Positions 13,723 through 25,477 of a stretch of DNA of 64,000 bases are shown here, piece after piece. The notes under the pieces were generated by a model. That model made no database searches. It was not told the DNA's origin and was given only the letters and a program-made list of their open reading frames with translations. Source of the stretch: Octopus sinensis (lineage: Eukaryota); contig NC_042999.1 in the NCBI RefSeq assembly GCF_006345805.1, forward strand, positions 127,348,001 through 127,412,000, given 5' to 3'. The stretch's first letter is position 1, and each line of letters opens with the position of its first letter. A program made the translations under genes and the position numbers.

Positions 13723-14641
13723 TAAACAAGAATATAACAAGGCAAAACATTTGCCTTCACTTAAAAAACTTTTAATTTAGATGGAGAGTATAGACATACA
13801 GAATCTCTTACAGCTGTTTCTAGAATAACCAAGCATGTGGATTATGATATTCCATAAGCTAAGTATTTTGTCATTGGAGAGAGGCAAGTCAGAAGAATAT
13901 AAAAATAAAAGAATATTCCCAATCAAGGATATTAGTATTTTCCAGTTTGATGGAAAATGAAGGAAGGATCAGAGTGAAAAGTATATGTGTTAGATACTTC
14001 TCTTTCTAAGTTAAATGTTTTTTTGAGTGATGCCAACTATATCTACCCACTCAAGGAGAAACTACTTCTAGCCATCTTTGATAGGCAGTCTCAACACCAC
14101 GTTTTTCAGGTGCAGTTCAAATTGGAGTTATGGTGTTAAACCATACTGAGCATTCATAGTACATACCTTTGGTGAAAACTCCTTGCGTATTCTGTCTGCT
14201 TGCCTGTCTGTCTATTTTCTCTCTCTTTCTCTCTCTTTCCTTCTCTCTCTTTCCTTCTCTCTCTTTCCTTCTGTCTCTCTCTCTCTCTCTTCTCTCTCTC
14301 TATCTATCTATCTTTCTATTTATCTATCTATCTATCTATTTATCTATCTATCTATCAATGCTCAAAATGAGGAGTAGATAGACAGCCAACAACTGATGAA
14401 GGGTCGTTCTTTGTGTTACTTGTTCTGTTTTCCCTTTTTTCTCTCGTTTGCAAATTTAACTCATTTGTTTCATATTTCATGTTGTTTGCTGTTGGTCCTG
14501 TACCCATATATGCATATATATGCATGTGTATATATATACACACACACACACAAATATATGTGCCCCAGCATGGCCACAGCTCATGAGCTGAAACTAGAAT
14601 CAATCAATCAATCATATATATATACACACACATATATATAT

Positions 14642-14704
<63 letters not shown>

Positions 14705-14759
14705 AGATAGAGTAATTGAGGTAATCAGAGTAAGTGACAGAATACTTAAGATTAGAATA

Positions 14760-15197
14760 GTGCTTCATAATAGATTAGCAACCATTATATCGGCCTATGC
14801 CCCTCAGCCAGGGCTACCCGATGGACAGAAAGACAGTTTCTATGACACCCTACTGCAGACCACCTCATCGACGAACGACAGGGACCTTCTCTTTGTGGCT
14901 GGTGATTTCAATGGGCATGTTGGACGACATGCTGGGGGCTTCCATGGCGTACACGGAGGCTACGGTTATGGTTCCCGCAACGAGGAGGGAACCAGGCTGC
15001 TGGAGTTCTGCGATGCGAATAGTCTTATGGTCTGCAACACTAACTTCAGGAAACCAACAAGCTACCTGGTCACCTACCGATCGGGCCGGCATACTAGCCA
15101 AATCGACTACATCCTTGCCAGAAAAAGGGAAAGATGGCTGCTTAAAAATGCCAAACCTTCCCAGGCGAAGAATGCACCCCACAACATAGACTGGTAG
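14760..15197 (+). pseudogene. RTE APE endonuclease fragment; frameshift near 15153-15155
   Basis: ORF ...IISAYAPQ...VAGDFNGHVG...SQIDYILAR; restoring one A continues as NAKTFPGEECTPQHRLVVSDF up to a premature TAG at 15452-15454. Confidence 0.9.
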
Positions 15198-15454
15198 TTA
15201 GTGACTTTAGGATCAGGACTAAGAGGGCGACTAGAAGACGACCAACATGGAGAAGAAGGGTCTGGAAGCTTAAAGCCCCTGCGAATGGACAGAGATTTAG
15301 AGATATGTTACTTGAAGCCTTTGACGAAGTGGAAGGGGGTATAGCTACACATGGGGTAGAAGACAACTGGACGTTTCTGAGGGACAACCTGCTGAAAGCC
15401 GCTGACCAGATCTGTGGCTGGTGCAAAGTCCCCTTAAGACCCAAAATAACGTAG

Positions 15455-17512
15455 TGGTGGAACAATATTGTTGACAGGGCTATTAGACAAAAGAAACAGG
15501 CTTGGAAGGCCTGGAAGAACGGTGGTAGCAGGGAAGGGTATCAGACTGCCAGAAGGGAAGCTAGGAGACAGGTCTATCTAGCCAGAGGGGAAGCAGATAA
15601 GAGAAAATTTGCCAATGTCCTGCGCCGTGAGGATGAAAGACTTGAGGTTTTTCGTGTTGCAAGACAGTGTGTGAGAGAGAATCGTGATGTGGTAGGAGAG
15701 AAATGTGTTCGCATGGAGGATGGTTCACTTGCGCTAAATGAGGATGCAAAGAGAGAAGCTTGGAGACGCCACTATGAAAGGTTACTGAATGAGGAAAATG
15801 AATGGGATAAAGAGAGTCTGCCGAATGTTGACCCTACAGAGGGACCAGCTATCCGAGTTGATAGTTCCGTGGTAGCTAAGGCAATTAGAAGCATGAAGAC
15901 AGGGAAAGCCCCAGGCCCATCAGGAATTACTGCAGAGATGCTCAAAATATCTGGCAGTGTCGGCTATAACCTAGTCACCCGTATAGTCAACCAGGTGATA
16001 CACGAAGGAGTCATACCCAATGACTGGTGCAGCAGCATACTAGTCAACTGCTACAAAGGTAAAGGTGATGCCCTAGATACAAATAATTACAGAGGTATCA
16101 AGCTGTTGGATCAAGTAATGAAGGTTACGGAGAGGGTCATAGCCCAACTAATTAGAGAGAGAGTTAGTTTAGATGAGATGCAGTTTGGGTTCGTGCCAGG
16201 AAAAAGTACCACTGATGCTATATTCCTGGTAAGGCAGCTGCAGGAGAAATACCTAGCCAAAGATAAGCCCCTGTACCTGGCTTTCGTTGACATGGAGAAA
16301 GCTTTTGATAGGGTCCCCCGATCCCTTATCTGGTGGTCAATGAGGAAACTAGGGATAGATGAATGGCTGGTGAGGACTGTGCAAGCCATGTACAGAGATG
16401 CCGTAAGTAAGGTTAGGGTTGGCAACATGTACACAGAAGAATTCAAAGTAGAGGTTGGGGTCCACCAGGGTTCAGTACTCAGCCCCCTCCTATTTATCAT
16501 AGTACTCCAGGCAATTACGGAGGAATTCAAGACAGGCTGTCCCTGGGAGCTCCTCTACGCTGACGACCTTGCTCTTATTGCTGAGTCACTATCAGAACTG
16601 GAGGAGAAGTTCCAGGTGTGGAAGGAGGGTTTAGAATCAAGGGGCCTTAGAGTCAACCTAGCTAAAACCAAAGTACTAATAAGTAGAAAGGTAGACAATC
16701 CACAAATATCTTCAGGAAGATGGCCCTGCTCGATCTGTAGAAAAGGTGTAGGTAGAAACTCTATAAGATGTACCCAGTGTAAGCTATGGACACATAAGAG
16801 GTGCAGCAATGTCAAAGGTAGGCTAACTGGGAAGATAGTTTTTGTATGTGGCAGATGCTCGGGAGCATTAACCTCCGAAAATCTGCAGAAAACAACTTCC
16901 GTCACTTTCCAGGGGGAAAAACTAGAAGTAGTTGATAGCTTCCGTTATCTAGGTGACCAAGTCAGTAGTGGGGGTGGGTGCGCTGAAAGTGTAACTGCTA
17001 GAATAAGAATAGCCTGGGCAAAGTTTAGGGAGCTCTTACCTCTGCTGGTGACTAAAGGCCTCTCGCTCAGAGTAAAAGGCAGACTGTATGATGCGTGTGT
17101 ACGAACAGCCATGCTACATGGCAGCGAAACATGGGCTGTGACTGCTGAGGACATGCGTAAGCTCGTGAGGAATGAAGCCAGTATGCTCCGATGGATGTGT
17201 AATGTCAGTGTACATACTCGACAGAGCGTTAGCACCTTGAGAGAAATGTTGTACCTAAGAAGCATCAGTTGTGGTGTGCAAGAGAGACGATTGCGCTGGT
17301 ATGGTCATGTGGCGAGAATGGATGAAGATAGGTGTGTGAGAAAGTGCCAATCCCTTGCAGTTGAGGGAACCCGTGGAAGAGGTAGACCCAGGAAAACCTG
17401 GGACGAGGTGGTGAAGCACGACCTTCGAACTTTAGGCCTCACTGAGGAAATGACCAGAGACCGAGACCTTTGGAAATATTCTGTACGTGAGAAGACCAGG
17501 CAGGACAAGTGA
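15455..17512 (+). CDS. RTE ORF2 reverse transcriptase region, uninterrupted to its natural stop
   Basis: Frame open from just after TAG 15452-15454 to TGA 17510-17512 (includes the 613-aa listed ORF); YADD catalytic motif intact. Confidence 0.92.
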   Translation, partial: WWNNIVDRAIRQKKQAWKAWKNGGSREGYQTARREARRQVYLARGEADKRKFANVLRREDERLEVFRVARQCVRENRDVVGEKCVRMEDGSLALNEDAKREAWRRHYERLLNEENEWDKESLPNVDPTEGPAIRVDSSVVAKAIRSMKTGKAPGPSGITAEMLKISGSVGYNLVTRIVNQVIHEGVIPNDWCSSILVNCYKGKGDALDTNNYRGIKLLDQVMKVTERVIAQLIRERVSLDEMQFGFVPGKSTTDAIFLVRQLQEKYLAKDKPLYLAFVDMEKAFDRVPRSLIWWSMRKLGIDEWLVRTVQAMYRDAVSKVRVGNMYTEEFKVEVGVHQGSVLSPLLFIIVLQAITEEFKTGCPWELLYADDLALIAESLSELEEKFQVWKEGLESRGLRVNLAKTKVLISRKVDNPQISSGRWPCSICRKGVGRNSIRCTQCKLWTHKRCSNVKGRLTGKIVFVCGRCSGALTSENLQKTTSVTFQGEKLEVVDSFRYLGDQVSSGGGCAESVTARIRIAWAKFRELLPLLVTKGLSLRVKGRLYDACVRTAMLHGSETWAVTAEDMRKLVRNEASMLRWMCNVSVHTRQSVSTLREMLYLRSISCGVQERRLRWYGHVARMDEDRCVRKCQSLAVEGTRGRGRPRKTWDEVVKHDLRTLGLTEEMTRDRDLWKYSVREKTRQDK

Positions 17513-17623
17513 GCCCAGCCCACTTATGAATGCCTTTCCTCCCTTGGACACAAAGACCGGTTGAGGCAAGCGAAGTCGATATAGAACCTCATCCGACGAC
17601 AGACACCCATCCCAACCCCCCAT

Positions 17624-18045
17624 GCTTGCGAAGACATGTTGGGGCAAGCGAAATCGAAATCGAAATCGAAACCGAATTGAACCAGCCAGGATCCCTGGCC
17701 TGGTGGTACGTAAAAAGCACTATCCGACTCGGGGCCGTGGCACGTAAAATACTCCAATGCGACCGTACGACAGGCACCCATGCCAACCCCCTTTGCTTGT
17801 GAAGACATGTTGGGGCAAGCGAAATCGAAATCGAATTGAACCAGCCAGGATCCCTGGTCTGGTGGTACGTAAAAAGCACTATCCGACTCGTGGCCGTGGC
17901 ACGTAAAATACTCCAATGCGACCGTACGACAGGCACCCTTGCCAACCCCCTTTGCTTGTGAAGACATGTTGGGGCAAGCGAAATCGAAATCGAATTGAAC
18001 CAGCCAGGATCCCTGGTCTGGTGGTACGTAAAAAGCACTATCCGA
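17624..18045 (+). repeat. About 2.6 tandem copies of a 159-bp unit in the RTE 3' UTR
   Basis: Unit starts at 17624, 17795 and 17954; the first copy has 12 extra nt of GAAATC-type repeat. Confidence 0.92.
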
Positions 18046-18528
18046 CTCGTGGCCGATGCCAGCACCGCCTCGACTGGCTTCCGTGCCGGTGGCACATAAA
18101 ATACACCAATCTGACCGTGGCCGTTGCCAGCCCCGCCTGGCACCTGTGCAGGTGGCACGTAAAAAGCACCCACTACACTCACGGAGTGGTTGGCGTTAGG
18201 AAGGGCATCCAGCTGTAGAAACATTGCCAAATTAGACTGGAGCCTGGTGCAGCCTTCTGGCTTCCCAGAACCCCGGTCGAACCGTCCAACCCATGCTAGC
18301 ATGGAGAACGGACGTTAAACGACGATGATGATGATGATATATATAAATTTAAATAATGAGGGTAAAAATTAATATTAATTAAATATCAATTTAAACCAGA
18401 GTCGCATATTTAAAAAAATCCAAGTGGAACCTCAGTTTACAAACATCTCTCATCAGGAACAAGTTGGTTTATGAGCAATTTTTCACATAAAAAAATGCCT
18501 CAGGTGATGAGCAGTGTCTCAAGTAATG

Positions 18529-18591
<63 letters not shown>

Positions 18592-18640
18592 CTTATATGA
18601 TAGACTTAAATACAGTTCCCATCTACTAAATTTCATTCAT

Positions 18641-18770
18641 AAGGCATTGGTCACCCAAGGCATTGGTCACCAAGATATTGGTCACCCAAGGCATTGATCA
18701 CCCAACACACTGGTTACCCAACAACATTAGTCACCTAATGGTTACCCAAAACATTGATTCACCCAAGTCT
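18641..18770. repeat. Minisatellite, about 16-bp unit (ggcattggtcacccaa), about 8 copies
   Basis: Direct inspection; embedded in a family C SINE. Confidence 0.85.
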
Positions 18771-21764
18771 ATAGTAGGAACCTGACTGCAAATTGTACTT
18801 CTCAACCACACAACCATACCTGCACTTTCTATGTCTTGATTTGGTCATTTCACTTTGATATGGAATATACATGCTAGCTTTAATATTTTTATTATTTGGA
18901 ATAACAATCAAGTGATAACCAGGGTAGGATGCTGAACTTAAAATATCTACTTTCATCCTTCCACATGTAGGGTTCAAATACTGGTAAGGTCCCATTTCTC
19001 CTGTGTCAATAAAATATATAAACCATCAGGGGCAGATTCAATTGACATTACAGATTCTATAGCAGTACTTTATATCCGCTTCTCCTAACTGGCATGGAAA
19101 GCCATAGAAAACACTTGCCCTTGGTCTTGAGCACTAGGAATGAACTTGGAACCATGTGGTCGTAAAGCAAACTTAATTCTACATTTTGTTAGGTACCCTT
19201 CCTGACACCAGCTTGCTTAGTTGCCTTTTACAATATGCAAGGATATAGCATTCCTCATCTAAAAACTGCACACTGTATTCCTGCACATCATGTCATAAGA
19301 AGCAGCAAAAAAGGTTGCCCCACCCCCCGCCCAAGAAGGGCATACTTTCATGACAGTATAAGAAATCAGCATTTCTACTATTTTTGTAAGAATGAAACTT
19401 ACAAAAAAATAGTTGTTGGTGCTATCAAGTTAAATTTATCTTGAGCCACTTGTAGTTAAGCCTTAAGTGAAGTGGTTAATTTAGTAGAATATGGTTATTT
19501 ATTTTTGCAGTAGTTTTCTTTTTTTTTTTGTGGGGTGGGGTATATCTAGGTCACTTATTAAGTAGTAGTTTTAGAGGATTTCTTTCTATTTTCATCATTG
19601 TTTCAAATGTTAATATGGTAACAAGAAATCTACAAAACACTTCTTCACTTTTTTTATTTCTGAATTCTTACTTTCACCACGACCAGTCCTCAAAGGCTTC
19701 TCAATGAATTTCCATATGCTTTCATGCTTTTGTTACAATTAATATCAATGCCTTAAAGACACTACACTAAAGGTCAATGTCATAGCATTACTGATGAAAG
19801 ACCCTCACACCAACACCATCTCCTATTTCAAGAATTAGCGATTTGTTTGTTTGCTTTTTTCTTTCATCAATGTTTAAAAATGATTCATTGTTTAGCACTG
19901 CTTCAACTTGTGTCTGAAAAGAAGCATTTGAAATAAATGTCTCTGGCTAAGGACAAGCTGCAATACCATGATAACAAATAGTGATGATGCTGAAGGCAAC
20001 TTATGGATGACTTTTTATATATAAACCCTTTTACTACTGGAATCAGATATGTCCACTCAAAATTTCCTTACCCTTAACTGTGGTAAGCAGTTTTATATAC
20101 TAATCTATTTTTTGTAGAGGAATGTGGTGTTTGAAACTATTTTTGTTGAGACAAGTCAAATTTACTGAAGCAATGTGACTTACAGAAAATACCACTTCTA
20201 TCTTCTCATAGATATTTACATCATTACTATAATAACCATGAAATTTAATTCAGCAGTGAAAGGGATAATATACATTTTAAAACAAAGTTCTAATTCTAAG
20301 TCTTGTAAACGTCACTTGATATCTAGTATAGGTTTCAAATTTTGACACAAGGTCAGCAATTTCAGGGGAGGGCAGTTGATTTCATTGACCCCAGTATTCA
20401 GCTGGTACTTATTTTATCAACCCTGAAAGGATGAGAGGCAAAGTTGACCTTCGTGGAAATTGAACTCAGCATGTAAAGACAGACAAAATGCCACTATGCA
20501 TTTTTCCCAGTGTACTAACAATTCTGCCAGCATGCTACCTTACTCTAATATATATCATGCTAACTGATGTTTTCCTTTACTGTAAACTTGGATTTGGTTA
20601 ATATTTTCCAAGTAAGCAGAATGTGATGAGTAATACCTTGTGTCTAACCTAAAGGCATGGCAGTACCTGATGCAAGATGGTTGAATTTTCCAATATAAAT
20701 AAAGATTTCTGAGGAAATCATCTCTTTTTAATCTAACCATTCAAAGATAAGAAATTATTCTAGTGATAATGTGCCAAGAATGTTGTATATCTTATATATC
20801 TTATTCATTTTATTTTATTTTTCTACTGTTATAATAACTTATATTGCTGATATTTATTTTTATGATATCAGATTTTTTTTATTGTTAAATGGATGAAGAT
20901 GAAATCTTATTCTAGTTTCAAACAGATTAATGTACTAGATGTACTGTACCTATTTTACAGCCTTCGAAACTACCAGTAGAACTAAGTACTTTGTTCAAGA
21001 ACACACACCTCTTTATGGATGATATTTATATATTTATGGTTGATATTAACATTTCATGTGTACTATATTACATGTATTCTACTCTTCATGTCACTAGCAA
21101 TGGAGCAAAACAAGAGCTTCAACAAAATTGCTAAACTTGCAAGAAATAGCAGCCAAATATTTCTCTAATCATCCTTTTGTCTTTAAAAGTGCCAAAGACA
21201 TTGAATATACTGGATAATGTAGTCCTAGATACATTATGTCTGAATAATAGACTAAATGGCCATGCCTAGCCTGAAATTAAACAATACTTACAACTAACAC
21301 TCAAGTTATTTCAATCACTGTAAAATGTTAAATTTCATAAGAATAAAGTAATGACCAGTAAACCCTTTTTGAACAAATTACTGCATATACATATGGGTCC
21401 TTGTAGCCCATAGAGGAAAGAGATTATTATTATTTTAGTTTGGCTCTGGTTTGGTCTTATTCTTGGTAGGAATTATGTGAATAGCAGGCTACTACCTGTA
21501 ACTTTAGGTATCCACAAGTTTTCAACAGTCTTTCAAGTGGTTAGGACCTGCTTGATAATCCTTGCAGTCCCTAGGAGACAAATGTTCTGTAGGAGCTCTA
21601 CCGGCATTCTATTTCAATCTCCTTCAACCATTTGTCTATATCTTTCCTTTCTGTTCCCAACGCACTAATTATTATAGGTACGACCTTTACTGTTTGCATG
21701 CTCCAAATTCTTCCTATTTCAAATTTTAACAGCATTTTTTTTGTTTTTCTTCCTCTTTCTTTAG

Positions 21765-21799
21765 GATCTTGGAATCAAATGAGCATGATGAGTCAATAA
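21765..21799 (+). CDS. Candidate 35-nt exon; (R)ILESNEHDESI
   Basis: Long polypyrimidine tract tttttttttgtttttcttcctctttctttag|G and perfect donor AA|gtaagt; only the phase 2-1 frame is open. Confidence 0.6.
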
Positions 21800-21849
21800 G
21801 TAAGTGAAGTCACTTTTCCATAATTATAATCATTATGTCTGGTCTTATA

Positions 21850-21882
<33 letters not shown>

Positions 21883-22370
21883 GAGTGAGAGAGCAGTTCA
21901 TGCCATCAAAGTGACACTGGGGTAAAATATACGAAGCCCAATATACCCATCATGACTACCCGTCTGATAAGGGTACACCAGGCACATGCATCACAACCAA
22001 ATGTGCGTGACATGGTGATCTCATATCAAGATAAACAGCACATGACCTTGTAGGTGGGGCCCAGTTAGAATTTTCTGTGTCCGTTGCCAGCCTCGCCTGG
22101 CCCTCGTGCCGGTGGCACATAAAAAGCACCATCCATTCGTGGCCGTTTGCCAGCTCTGTCTGGCACCTGTGCAGGTGGCATGTAAAAAGCACCCACTACA
22201 CTCACAGAGTGGTTGGCGTTAGGAAGGGCATCCAGCCGTAGAAACACTGCCAGATTTGACTGGGCCTGATGAAGCCTTCTGGCTTCACAGACCCCAGTAG
22301 AACCGTCCAACCCATGCTAGCATGGAAAACGGACGCTAAACAACGATGATGATGATGATGATGATGATGA
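21883..22370 (+). mobile_element. RTE-family 3' UTR variant with tail
   Basis: 22075-22370 matches the RTE tail and ends in (GAT)n; the upstream 190 bp differs from the 17513-18050 UTR. Confidence 0.8.
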
Positions 22371-22710
22371 GTAGCCCATCCCGCTCAAAAGGTCCCTGAA
22401 TAAGGGTTGTTTAAGGATGTTGAAAGAACCACCCGTGTTTCCAAAGGTGAATTATTCAAACTCCAAATAATCCCTCTCAACACATGGCTATGATGCTCCC
22501 CCACTACTTCTGCTCGTGATCAGAGGTGCACATATCATCAGCCACTAAGGGACATGCTCAACTGGTTAAGGTCAAACAACTGACAAGCAAATCTGTGGTA
22601 TTGAGCAGAATATTTGCTGTAGCCCATCTTTTATACCAAGACAAAACAATGTACATGATAACACTTCCAATCAGTTAAGATCAGAAGCCATGAGAGCCAC
22701 TGCCTGGTAC

Positions 22711-22765
<55 letters not shown>

Positions 22766-24330
22766 TCTATTCAGTAGTCTTATTTTTATCACGTGCTTTC
22801 ATAGCACTACTGAGCACAGCTCTGTGTGCCTTGGGTATGTGCTGTGGTTTGTTGTGGTGCTCCTGTTTTCACTGTATTGAAAGTGTTTTACATAGGATGT
22901 GTGCGGTGCCTAGTAGTGTCATTTTCTGTATGTTATATATACTTGTAAGTACTAGTGCTTTTGTTGTGTATTTGTCTGAATGTTTTTTTATCATAGCTAA
23001 TTCTCCTACTATAAGAGGAATTGTTTCTGCTTTTAGGCTCCACATTCGAGTTACCTCAATTTCCAGATCATTGTATTTTGAAAGTTTCTCCGTTACTTTT
23101 AGAGAAACGTTGTCATCTGTTGGTACTGATACGTTGATTAGAAAGTTTTTTTTTCTTGGTGATCTCTGACAGCTATATACAGCTTATTGACCTTAATTTC
23201 TTTATCTGTGTATATTGGTATATCCCAGAGTATGGTTGCTTTCTCATTTTCTGAGACCTTTTCTGAGGTGTACCTATACCATCTTTTTTCTGTTGTTATT
23301 CCACAGTGTTGGCTTAGCTTCCAGTGTATATGGGTCCCAACTCTGTCATGTTGTGAATATATTCCTTCTTAGCCAGGACTGGGCAGCCAGAGACTGTATG
23401 ATTTATTGTTTCTTTTCCATCACCACATATTTTTGGTGATTTTCCAGTGGGAAGGCTTTGATCTTGTGCTGCAATTAAAAATCCTTCAGTCTCTGCCTTG
23501 AGTCCTGAGCTTCTTGGCCATTGTTGGGGTTTTGCTTTGTCGATTTCTTTTCTGTTTAGCATAACCCAAAATTTTCTACATAGAGGCTTTTCTTGCCATT
23601 GTTTTATCATGATCCGTTGCTGTTCCAGTTTTAGTTTAGATTTCAGTTGTTTTACAGCTTTTGTTGTTTCTTCTTTTTCTTCATAGTTGTTAGGTACTAT
23701 GACTTCTTTTTTGTATTTGTCAGCTTCCTTAAAAACAGAAAACAATTTTTCATTTTGCTCATGTTTTGCGGCTGTTTGTATCAGTTTTCCTTGCTTCTGA
23801 AGCAGGTATTTCTGTAGTCATATGGTGGTTAGTTTGTTATAGTTTTATAGCTGTATCAGACTGCTACTGCTTCGATATGTTGTATATATAATCTCTCTAT
23901 GTCAGATTTTGAGTGTTGCATCCTAAATCCTGTCATTATTTTTCTTGTTTACCTGCCTATTTTGATTAGCTCATTTAGAGTCCAGTTAAAAATATTGTAG
24001 CTGTAACTTATAACTGGGACAGCTAGAGTGTTGATACCTATTATCTTGCTTTTTGCATTGAGCTCTGTTTTCAGTATTAATCTAACTCATCTATAGTGTT
24101 CTTTTCTTATCTTTTTTTTTCATTTGTGTATGCTGTATCATATCTAATCCATTGATTCGTAAGTATTTGTATGTCTGGCTTTGGTCAAATTCTCTTATTT
24201 CATTTGCTTTATCTAATGTAATGTTGTTACTCTTAACTAGTTTTCCTCTTTTCAAAGTTGCTTTGGCAAATTTTTCTAAGCCAAATTACATGTTGATTTC
24301 TTTGGTAAATCTATGTACTTATTATTATTA
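22766..24330 (-). mobile_element. R4/Dong-like RLE non-LTR retrotransposon 3' part
   Basis: WQEKPL...GLKAETEGFLIAAQDQSL...C..GKETINH.VSGCPVLAKKEY, then KPDIVVRD...LIDVSIP (RLE nuclease); ends at a (TAA)n array. Confidence 0.88.
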
Positions 24331-24550
24331 TTCAGTAGTTTTATTTTTATAGCGTGCTTTCACTTCACTACCGAGCGCAGCTCTGTGTGCCTTGGGTATG
24401 TGCTGTGATTTGTTGTGATGCTCTGATGGTTATTGTATGGAAAGTGTTCTGCGTAGGATGTGTGCAGTGCCTAGTAGTGCAATTTTCTGTATGTTATATG
24501 TGTTTGTAAATCCTGGTGTTTTTGTTATGTATTTGTCTGAATATTTTTTT
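24325..24550 (-). mobile_element. Second R4/Dong-like 3' end
   Basis: Repeat of cagtagttttatttttat...gctctgtgtgccttgggtatgtgctgt (cf. 22771); QKIALLGTAHILRRTLSIQ on the minus strand. Confidence 0.85.
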
Positions 24551-24553
24551 TTA

Positions 24554-24637
<84 letters not shown>

Positions 24638-24638
<1 letters not shown>

Positions 24639-24960
24639 TTCAGTAGTTTTATTTTTATAACATGCTTTCACTTCACTACCGAGTGCAGTCCTGTGTGCCT
24701 TGGGTATATGCTGTGGTTTGTTGTGATGCTCTTATGGTTACTGTATTGAAAGTGTTTTGGGTAGGATGTGTACAGTTCCCAGTAGTGCAATTTTCTGCAT
24801 CTTATATATATTTGTAAGTCCTGGTGTTTTGTTATGTATTTGTCTGAATATTTTTTTATCATACCTAATGCACCCACTATGATATGAACTGTTTCTGTTT
24901 TTAGATTCCACAGTCGAATTACCTCTATTTCCAGGTCTTTGTAGTTTGAAAGTTTCTCTA
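24638..24960 (-). mobile_element. Third R4/Dong-like 3' end
   Basis: EKLSNYKDLEIEVIRLWNLKTETV.IIVGALGMIKK...KIALLGTVHILPKTLSIQ. Confidence 0.85.
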
Positions 24961-25109
24961 TTATTATCATCATCATCATCATCACCATCATTATTATCAT
25001 TGTTATTATTTTTAAAAAGTTTGATGCAACTTGACAAAGACAGACTTACTGTTGAAATATTATTCAACCAATAAAATATCTATTACAATCAAATAGTGCT
25101 CTTCATCTT

Positions 25110-25259
<150 letters not shown>

Positions 25260-25477
25260 AGCAGCAAGCTGGCAGAATCATTAGCCTGTTGGACAAATTG
25301 ATTAGTGGCATTTCATTTGTCTTTACATTCTGAGTTCAAATTCTAACAAAGTTGATTTTACTTTTCATTTTCTTGGTGTTAAAATAAGTACTAGCTGAAC
25401 ACTGGGGTTGATGTAATTAACTAGCCCTCTCCCCCAAAAATTTCAGACCTTGTACCTATTGTAGAAATTATCACTAT

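Larger units (their letters stand above)
14705..18338 (+). mobile_element. Young 5'-truncated RTE-clade non-LTR retrotransposon (partial APE endonuclease, RT, long 3' UTR, (GAT)n tail)
   Basis: APE motifs (SAYAPQ, GDFNGHVG, SQIDYIL), RT motifs (QFGF, DMEKAFDRV, GVHQGSVLSP, YADD), RTE C-terminus (RLRWYGHVARM...GRGRPRKTW); inserted in a (TA)n context. Confidence 0.95.

Noticed and set aside
16111-17967. Several minus-strand ORFs overlapping the RTE
   Set aside because: Antisense shadows of the RT frame or products of the 159-bp (in-frame) tandem repeat.
17624-18045. CRISPR-like appearance of repeated units
   Set aside because: Whole units are duplicated, there are no unique spacers or cas genes, and the context is eukaryotic.
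22640-22710. Faint resemblance to 5S rRNA (gatcagaagc...gcctggt)
   Set aside because: Too short and diverged, at the wrong end of a dispersed repeat, and no 5S fold or box C evident.
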